6,683 nt of DNA, from NCBI GenBank assembly GCA_051294375.1, contig JBJCIZ010000027.1, positions 1 to 6,683 on the forward strand. The letters run 5' to 3'. Positions within the stretch are counted from its first letter, which is position 1. The number at the start of each line of letters is the position of its first letter. This document shows positions 1 through 6,683 of the stretch, piece after piece. The notes under the pieces are model-generated. The model was not told where the DNA came from and made no database searches. It worked only from the letters and a program-made list of their open reading frames with translations. The position numbers were made by a program, and so were the translations under genes. Source of the DNA: Paraspadella gotoi (Eukaryota; Animalia; Chaetognatha).

Positions 1-349
1 GGCGAGTGAGTGCTGGCAGATCAGATCGATTGGACAACCGTAGGTTGTGTTGACCACTTCTCGTGTGGTTCTGGGAAAGGATGCTCCTACTACGCACTAT
101 GGGCAAATGGAAATTCGATTGGTATTGTGTGATTTTAGTAATACTTAGACAATAAATATAATCAACATAGTCAATACAATAAAATATTTGTTCACCATTA
201 AAAAAAGATGCGCGCTCGCTGACATGACAGAGTTGTTCTGTGTTTTAATCAGAAAATAGATTTGTTCTTCTGCTCTTATGATAAACTGGTACAACATATT
301 AGTAATTTATCCATTCATTAATAATAAGTCTACCCTGCCTGACAACTTT

Positions 350-795
350 GATCAGGCTTCTGTGCTGTTATTGTTATGATTATTTGGTTTCTTTTATTAT
401 ATTATTTTTTTATTGTTTTATATTCTTTTGGATTGTATTGTATTTTATCTTATTATGGGTTGTACACCTTCTAAGTTTTCATAGATCGTATGTGGGTGCA
501 AAGAATTATCTTCTGCCCCGTTTTCGCTATTTTCCGGCGATGAACGTTTATAATTATTCAGCTGATGGAATATAGATAACGAACAAACTATGTCATAATT
601 TTAACTTATTTATCCAATTCGAATTGAAGCTCGACAATCGTGATATAATAACTTAACGAGTTTAGAAATTATGAGATATAATCTCATCTGGGCAAAATCG
701 AGGCAGCTTCGGCTTGTATCGAAAACTAAAATCCTTCGTCCTACCCCCTCGGCCCAGTGCATGAAGACCAATTTCCCTTATCTGACCTAGTCCCA
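350..795 (-). repeat. Possible 3' LTR (boundaries unverified)
   Basis: Starts with TG at 795-794 after the candidate PPT. Contains minus-strand TATAAA (547-552) followed by AATAAA at 409-414 and 393-398, the expected U3-R order. There is no second copy to compare and the motifs are weak in AT-rich DNA. Confidence 0.3.
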
Positions 796-807
796 CTCTC
801 GCCCTCT
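796..807 (-). promoter_or_regulatory. Candidate polypurine tract (AGAGGGCGAGAG) immediately followed by TG
   Basis: Minus strand reads AGAGGGCGAGAG then TGGGAC shortly after the env tail, the expected PPT position. One internal C. GAGGGGGTAG at ~741-750 is an alternative. Confidence 0.4.
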
Positions 808-841
808 GATTCGCTAAGAAGTAAAAACCAGATCGATAAAC

Positions 842-868
842 AGGGGAGGGGGAGAGTGAGAGAGAGAG
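842..868. repeat. Short purine/(GA)n tract
   Basis: aggggagggggagagtgagagagagag on the plus strand (pyrimidine tract on the element RNA). Confidence 0.7.
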
Positions 869-869
869 T

Positions 870-2856
870 TCACATCGATCGAAATAGGGTGGAGGCGGAT
901 CCCCATATCCGCTGAACGCGCCCCCCCGCCGCCCAACGAGGGGACAGGTTTTAGACTGGCACTGAGTCTCATCGTCGTCCCGTGCGTCGGCCGATGCGGG
1001 CGTCACGTTTTGCCGCGCCCGCCTCCGCTTGGCGGCGGATGCAGCCAGTAGTCGCACTGGCAGCAGCCGCAACAGACCAGACAGGCGATCACTCTCCGTG
1101 GCTACAGTCCCATGAGCGGCGCCGGTTTACGAGCCAGTTCCATATCTCAACAAGGGATCGAGTCGCCGAAATCCGCCGGATGAAGGAGGACGGCGATCCG
1201 GCGGTGATTTCTCCCAGCCTTTCGTTGAAGCGCTGGGTTGCCCCTGAACTTGCGTGTCGATTCCATAAATCGTCCCACTCTCTCGTAGATGGAGATCTCA
1301 TCGTTGACGTGGTGTTTGGCGTCCGGAAGCGTTGTCCTCAAAGTTCGGTGATTGCGAACGGTCGCGCCGTCTGTCGACAAACTGGCTCGCGCCATTGGTA
1401 GACAGGAGAGGAGACAAGGCGTTTCAAACGAGGAGTCTATCACGTATGATAGATGGCGTGACGATAAGCCACGCCCCTCCGAAAGAGATGGGCATGTCTT
1501 GGAAGCACTTCGGTCTCCCTCCGGAGGGCGAGCTCTTGTCGCATTGGCAGCTTACCAACAGCTGCGCATCGTAGGACGGCGATCTCGCCGCGGTCGATGA
1601 ACGTGTTCGCCGCCGGCGCGAGCGTGAGCCTCTATAGCCGCCGTCCTAGCTTCGCGCCGGTTACGCAAGAGTATGTGGCTGCCTTCGTGAGTGAGTCGAT
1701 ATTTTCCTGGTTGCTTTGCGCTAAACTTCGAACGCTGTTTTCATGGACGGGCTCCATTACCGATGCGTCCTCGTTTGACTCCTTGAATCCTCCCCTTCGC
1801 GCTAGAAGAAGTGGGCGAGGACGTTTGTCCACTGTGATTCCACAGCTCGACATCCTTGTCTTTCTCCTGAGCGGGGTGAACGCGGCGTCGCTGTCCCGCC
1901 GCACATCGAGACATACACGCTCCAGTCCTCCGCCGCGTCCGGGTATCTGGCTTCGGAGCAGCTCGTCCGCTCCTCCGAAGCGATTGCTCCTTCGAGTAGT
2001 TCTCCGCACGGTGTCGGGGCTCCCGTTGGCATCTTGGCTATCGATTGATCAACTTCCGGGATGTCAGCCTCCGACACGCTCGCAACTATCCCATCCTGTG
2101 CGGGCTACATTCCGCCGTGTAGCCGGACTACTGCCTCGCAGCGGCGTCATCCCACCAATGACGCCTCCAGGGTAGCTGCATTGTTGGCGGGCGACGTCGC
2201 AACGATCCTATCTTTGAGTTCACGCTGGTCAGCTCACTCTCACCTTCCTTTATGTTACAACGATAAGGTTCGTACGCTACAACTTGGCGTTTCGGACGTT
2301 AGAGCGTCCGTGAAATTTCAAATGATTCGCCCCGTGCAGGAGGCCCGTCGGCGTCTGTTCGTCCCCAACCCTGGTATGAGATCAGGTTGGTGCCTCTTCC
2401 TTCGATTTGGATGGGCTGCAGGACGCCAGGCGTGATCGCTAATCAAAATCGAATCTTTGTCTCAATGTGATCTTTTTCCGGCGTGCAAGTCCAGGCATTC
2501 TGCCGCTCCAGGTGAAATGATGATGCGTCGCATGTTGGATATTGAATACTCACCGGCCGCAGAGGCGTCCCCGGTGGCGTACTACGACTAAGTCCACCGT
2601 ATTCCGTTCCATGTTCCCATGTTCCCCGGTGAAGATTAGATGGGCGGTTGCGGAGCTCCTCTTTCACTTCGTGCGCCTTTTTCGCACTTGGTTTCAATCT
2701 TAGCGCGATTGGCTGTGTGCTTCGGATTGTCGTATTGCAATCGAAAACTCTCCGACTTTGTTTTAGAATGCCGTGCCCGTTTCTCTCCGACGAGCATGTT
2801 GCGTTGTCGACTGCTGCGACTATCGTGAGGGCCATCATAATCGTTACGATCTGCAT
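870..2856 (-). pseudogene. env: env-like type I membrane glycoprotein gene (~660 codons), frameshifted as sequenced
   Basis: ATG at 2856 starts hydrophobic MQIVTIMMALTIVAA (signal-peptide-like). Cys motifs appear in successive frames: DRCDVARQQCSYPGGV..W..RCEAVVRLHG (2114-2207), SSCGITV.QTSSP.LLL (~1803-1850), YSC (Cys 1665-1667), RGEIAV...KCFQDMPI (1487-1592), VIDSSFETPC (1414-1443). Hydrophobic TM-like stretch ~1040-1145, then KRRRAR and PPPPY (884-898). Position 3' of pol is typical of env. True stop uncertain; the tail frame stays open to 662. Confidence 0.75.
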
Positions 2857-2857
2857 T

Positions 2858-2976
2858 CTGTTAAGGTTTAATATTTGATATTATATGTTTGTTCTTAGCT
2901 TGGCCTTTCTGTTCATAAATACTGAATGCTCTCACGATGTCTTTTTGTTTCTTTATCTGTTTTTATTTGCACTTAC
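2858..2976 (-). promoter_or_regulatory. Candidate 119-nt GT-AG intron / env splice acceptor
   Basis: Minus strand has a consensus donor CAA|GTAAGT at 2976-2971 and ...TTAAACCTTAACAG| ending at 2858, one base before the env ATG (2856). Confidence 0.4.
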
Positions 2977-3500
2977 TTGGGTTCGCTCGGTCTCTTCCTT
3001 TCGGAGAAACAAAAGATCGTTTTCTCTTTTTTTTTTTTTGTTTTGTTTATCTTAATGATTTTATCTTTTTTTATTTGCGTTTTACTTGTTTGGCTTTTTT
3101 TCTGAGTAACTTTCGAACGATTGTGAGTCTCCTGTTTTCCTTCTGCTTCTTTCAGGCGCTCGTAGCTCGTCGTCTCTCCTGTCGTTGTTTCGAGCGTCTG
3201 GTCTGCCCTCTTCCTCCTCCAGGCGATCGCGAAGCGATCGGCCGGCTTTTTCCGGTGGGTCGGGTTGAGGAGGAACTGGGTCTTTCTCTGTCTGTTCTGG
3301 CCTATATCTAATTTGTCTTTTCTCTTTATACTTTCTCTTTTACTTTTCTTTTGTTTGATTTTAGTTTCGTTTAACCCTTACCTTGAAGTTGATTTTAGCG
3401 TTGTTGAATTTATGAGTTTGTTTGCCTTTCTCTTTAATCATTTGTGGAATGTGTAGTTGTTTTTGTTGAGTATTTACAATTTGTATGTTTAGCTTATCCT
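2870..3500 (-). other. A-rich pol-env spacer (T-rich on plus strand, T13 run at 3027-3039) with a GC-rich island at ~3150-3300
   Basis: Strong strand asymmetry is visible directly. Plus-strand Phe/Leu-rich ORFs here are compositional artefacts. Confidence 0.7.
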
Positions 3501-3539
3501 TCTCCTTAGGTTCTGAAATCGTCTGAGTCGCCGCCTTTT

Positions 3540-4640
3540 AGCTTAAGGCGGCGTCTGTGGTAGAGTGAGCGCTTTCCGTTGATATTTATTACATAATGGT
3601 TTCCCCTGGCCTCGATCACTTTGTGTGGGCCTGTGTAAATTGTTTTCACTTTATTTTGTGTAGGTGCGGCGCCTGTTTTCAATAAGTCACGTCTTGCGTA
3701 AACTTCGTCTCCCGTTTTGATCTTTTTTGGATTTCTGAAGCGGTTACCTCTTTTTGTGAGTCTATGTCTGATGAACCTCTGCTCTACAATTTGTTTCTGC
3801 GCTTCTTGTTGGTTATCTGCTCGCCTTTGTGCGTAATCCGCTAGGCATTCGTACGATTCTTCATCGGGCGCCTCTATCAGTCTCGGCCTATTTCCGAATT
3901 GGAGTTCGTGTGGTGACATGTTTGTTTTCCATCCTGTTATGGGCGTCGCATTCAGGGTGAGCATTAAATATGGCAGAGCGTTGATCCACTTATTTGGGTC
4001 ATCGTTTAGGGTTTTTCTTAGCGCCTGTCTAATTCTGCCTATGTCTCTTTCGGCTGCGGTTAACTGTTCTTTCTGGAGCACGAGGATCCTTCTTCCCGCT
4101 CATGCTGTCAGCCACGTTCAATATACTTCTCATCTCTCGCGCGTTAGCGACGCTGGCCGTCGAAAGTTTACCTCTAGAGTTTCCGTGCAGTAGGAATATG
4201 TTTGCATCGAGGGCTTTGATTACGTGTTGTGCATCGGCTCGTCTTAGTGGAATCGCCCATGTGTAGGCTGATGCATTGTCCGATGCCACTAGGACGTGGT
4301 TGTAGCCCACTGGGGGGTAAGTGCATAACGTCGATCCTTAGCGATTCCCATGGGATTCGAGCTGCTGTTGGTCTCGACCTCGGTTTCATTAAATTGCATT
4401 TCGTTCGGTGGCGCGCCTGCAACCGGTCGCATTCCGAGCACCATTTCACCGCAGCTGTTACCATATTCGGGGCCGCTAATGTATGCGCGGCTAGGTAAGC
4501 TGAACGATCTCTTCCTGGTGACCTAGTTTTCGTGTATCTTTTTACTATCTCCTTGAGATTTTGTTGTGGATGATATATCTCGTTGACCGTTCTTGCTGTG
4601 AAGCCGAAAACGCAGAGGATTCCGTCTTTGGTTATTCTAG
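3540..4640 (-). CDS. Integrase: HHCC zinc finger, DDE core, GPY/F module (frameshifted)
   Basis: ITKDGILC; reconstructed KIHEKLGHPGRDR (His codons 4532-4534 and 4518-4520); KWCSECDR; PWESLRIDVMHLP (D 4330-4332); GYNHVLVASDNASAYTWAIPL; LEVNFDG (D 4159-4161); AAERDIGRI (E 4049-4051, about 35 codons after the second D); W..ALPYLMLTLNATP...SPHELQFG; KVKTIYTGPHKVIEARGNHYVI...HRRRLK. Confidence 0.93.
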
Positions 4641-5967
4641 ATCGTCTACGTTCCGGAGGAGGAATGGCTTGTGTGGGTGTGGAGGATTTTCTCTCACCTG
4701 CTTCCAAATGCGTTCTGAGCCCCCGCGCCATGGTTTTTGTATATCTCCTTGGCGTCCTTCGATTTCGTTGCAATCGTCTCTGCCAGCTTTTATCTCGGTT
4801 CTCATTGGCATTATTGAGGAGTCGCGTCTGACGTTGTTTGATAAGTCCTCTTCGAGGTCAATCTCGTCATATCTCGACTGATGCTTCGATTGTTGAATCG
4901 GTTATTATTTCCTGACCTGGGGGGGTTCGTAGCCTCCTGGATCGTTGGTTCTATTGGTTCTCGGTTTTCCCTCGATTCCTCGTTGTTTCCGGTCCATCTC
5001 GGAACTGTTGGTTGTACTGTTCGATCGTTAGGGAGTTTGGTGGGCCTGCGGCTGGGGCCTGCTGTTCTCACGTGCTGAATTTCTTGATGGTCCGCTTTCT
5101 CTCGTTCAGTTTGTCTGGTGTGTTTCTTCCTCGAAAACTTTGTGTCCCCGTTGGTCCTTTTTCACCGTCCGAGTTTGGTGGAGCCGCCTCGTCCCTATCT
5201 ACTCGGTTGGTGCCTCCAGCGGTGGTCCTGTACTCTTCTTCGGTTCTGGTTGCTGGCCTTGCAGGAGGTTTTGGCCGAGCATGTACGGTGTCGGCGGGAG
5301 CATTGCAGAGGGCCTCATTATTGGTGCTGGCGCTAATCTGGCTCTGGGTACCCGCCTGCGATGCCCTTTCCTCCTCTATCTGTGTTCATGGCCGAGTTAA
5401 TATTTCATCGTTGTGCGCGGGGGCCATACTACTAGGTGTCTGATGGCTCTCACTCTTCGTTCGGATATCGCTGATCAGTGAAGCCTTGGCCGTGGGTCTC
5501 GCTGAAGATCTTTATTTCTCTTTCTTTTTCTCCGCCGTACACCTTCTCGTACTTACAGCCGCTTGTGCGGTACTGGTCCTCGTCTATATTTTAATGGCAA
5601 AATGCCTGTCATGTTGCTAGTGCTCTTCGTCTGGTGGCCCAGCGACCAGTCTTTGCAGAGATTGGTTCTGATAAACGTACAAACGTCTTTTGTTTTTGGT
5701 GCGCCGTACAGTTTTTTTATGTTCGCCTCTGGCGAGAGAAATAGCCTCAGTAAATTCGAAGAATTTGTGTTCGAAAGCATTTTCGTCGATATTCAGCGCG
5801 GTGGCTATTATTCCTAGTTTCGCGCTCCACCTACCCTGAGTTCTAGTGTCCTGGCCACGACTCGCCTGACAACGGTTCTTCGGTGAAGCCAGGCTCGTAA
5901 CTGCCGTGATGGTCGAAGCCTGCGCTAGAAAGCGTGTCTAGTGGGGTGATTTGATTTTGATCTGTGA

Positions 5968-6335
5968 ATCTGTTAGAAAATCCGCTGGATTGTCGACTTT
6001 TTACTAAGATGATCTCTGAGGGGTGGCATTCTTGGCGGATTTCCGTTATCAGCGTAATACGTCGTTGGGAGCAGCTGCTGTGTCGTGTTGCTGGTCCATC
6101 ACTCTTGAAGTATTGAGTCCGTCACTAGACTGACCTTTCCTCCGCAAATGTAACCTTTGAACTTTCTCACCATCATATTGAAGGCGAGTTCTCTAGGATG
6201 GTTTGATGTGATTTATATCTGTATTCCCCTGGGAATGTTATTGATGTGGAAAACTGAGGGGATATTCAGTTCCGTTTGCAGTTGCCGTGATTAGCCCCCC
6301 CATGGCGCTTGTGCTTGCGTCAGCGTATATTTTGT
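5968..6335 (-). CDS. Ty3/gypsy-type RNase H domain (frameshifted)
   Basis: YKIYADASTSAMGGLI (catalytic D at 6319-6321) and YPLSF; after frame changes RELAFNMMVRKFKGYICGGKVSLVTDS (~6115-6195) and terminal NPADFLT(R) (~5968-5991). These correspond to the DAS, E, TD and N..AD.LSR motifs. Confidence 0.9.
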
Positions 6336-6339
6336 ACTC

Positions 6340-6683
6340 ACCATTTTTGATTTTTGCATCGTTTAGGAAATTTAGCCCTGGTGTCGATTTTATTTCCTCT
6401 ACTAACGTTTCTAAGGCTTTTCTGTGTTTATCTTTGAATTCGAAGTCTTTTTTGTCGACCAGGGTTAGCGCGTGGAGGGGCTGCGCCAGGTATGAAAATC
6501 GATGCGTGAAGCACCTGTAATAATTTAGCGACGCCAACAGCGCGCGTAGTTCCTTTTGCGTCTTGATTTCCTTCAGCTTTAGCTCCGCCTGCTCGAGCTT
6601 TTCCTTTTGGGGTTTTAGCTTGTCCTTTGAGATGCTGAAGCCCAGGATTTTGATGTCATCCTTCCTTAAGAGGACGCTTTTTG
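6340..6683 (-). CDS. Reverse transcriptase C-terminal palm/thumb and connection region
   Basis: Translation KSVLLRKDDIKILGFSISKDKLKPQKEK...KTQKELRALLASLNYYRCFTHRFSYLAQPLHALT...ALETLVEEIKSTPGL matches the gypsy RT pattern K..v.fLG..is...lr.fLG..nyyR.Fi..fs..a.PL..l. The YxDD motif would lie beyond the window edge. Confidence 0.92.

Larger units (their letters stand above)
350..6683 (-). mobile_element. Env-bearing Ty3/gypsy (Metaviridae) LTR retroelement, 5' part (gag, protease, most of RT) outside the window; left boundary uncertain
   Basis: Domain order RT, RNase H, integrase on the minus strand excludes Ty1/copia. The integrase GPY/F module and the RT-thumb and RNase H motifs are gypsy-like. 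A third membrane-protein ORF lies downstream of pol. The left boundary is a guess because the second LTR is not in the window. Confidence 0.92.
3506..6683 (-). pseudogene. pol: pol polyprotein (RT C-terminus, RNase H, insert, integrase), 5'-truncated by the window and frameshifted as sequenced
   Basis: ORF-track fragments 6238-6537, 5553-5780, 4174-4773, 4029-4310 and 3506-4081 are collinear pieces of one Pol. The frame of the 6238-6537 ORF is open to the window edge. First stop after the integrase is TAA at 3506-3508. Confidence 0.9.

Noticed and set aside
615-687. Short palindromes CAATTCGAATTG (615-626) and ATGAGAT-ATA-ATCTCAT (671-687); also 337-357 and 34-48
   Set aside because: Short inverted repeats expected by chance; no ribozyme, tRNA or terminator pattern recognised.
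662-870. C-terminal part of ORF 662-1072 as genuine env coding sequence
   Set aside because: It runs through the CT tract (LSLSLSPSP) and the candidate PPT/LTR; probably a read-through caused by a frameshift, though this cannot be excluded.
982-2878. Plus-strand ORFs (982-1401, 1332-1574, 1352-1600, 1597-2175, 2061-2435, 2640-2878)
   Set aside because: Antisense shadows of the GC-rich env gene; S/R/P-rich with no recognisable motifs.
2937-3456. Hydrophobic Phe/Leu-rich plus-strand ORFs that look like membrane proteins (also 348-575)
   Set aside because: A direct consequence of T-rich composition on the plus strand; no independent coding evidence.
4300-4320. Programmed ribosomal frameshift at the ORF junctions
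   Set aside because: There are too many shifts, inside catalytic domains and without slippery heptamer plus structure; error or decay is more likely.
5386-5477. In-frame TGA codons (5386-5388, 5475-5477) as evidence of a TGA=Trp code or readthrough
   Set aside because: Conserved Trp positions elsewhere use TGG, and the dense indels explain the stops more simply.
3918-6520. Plus-strand ORFs opposite pol
   Set aside because: Antisense to recognisable RT, RNase H and integrase sequence or the insert; no homology signal.
1-6683. Prokaryotic systems (CRISPR array, retron, IS element, DGR)
   Set aside because: No repeat-spacer array or terminal inverted repeats are visible; RT, RNase H and integrase motifs are those of eukaryotic LTR retroelements.

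Overview
Almost the whole window is the 3' two-thirds of a eukaryotic Ty3/gypsy-type (Metaviridae) LTR retroelement on the minus strand. In element orientation it reads: end of reverse transcriptase (cut by the window edge), RNase H, an unusually long ~1.2 kb insert, integrase (HHCC, D-D35-E, GPY/F), an A-rich spacer with splice-like signals, and a third ~2 kb env-like gene (signal peptide, Cys-patterned ectodomain resembling class III chuvirus-G/gB-type fusogens, TM segment, PPPPY tail). A candidate polypurine tract and an AT-rich LTR/flank follow. Both genes are broken by many 1-nt frameshifts. Where these can be checked against conserved motifs they are mostly homopolymer contractions, so the copy may be intact but poorly sequenced. 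The most notable points are the env type and a possible OTU-like protease domain inside Pol. All protein reconstructions were done by eye across frames and need confirmation.
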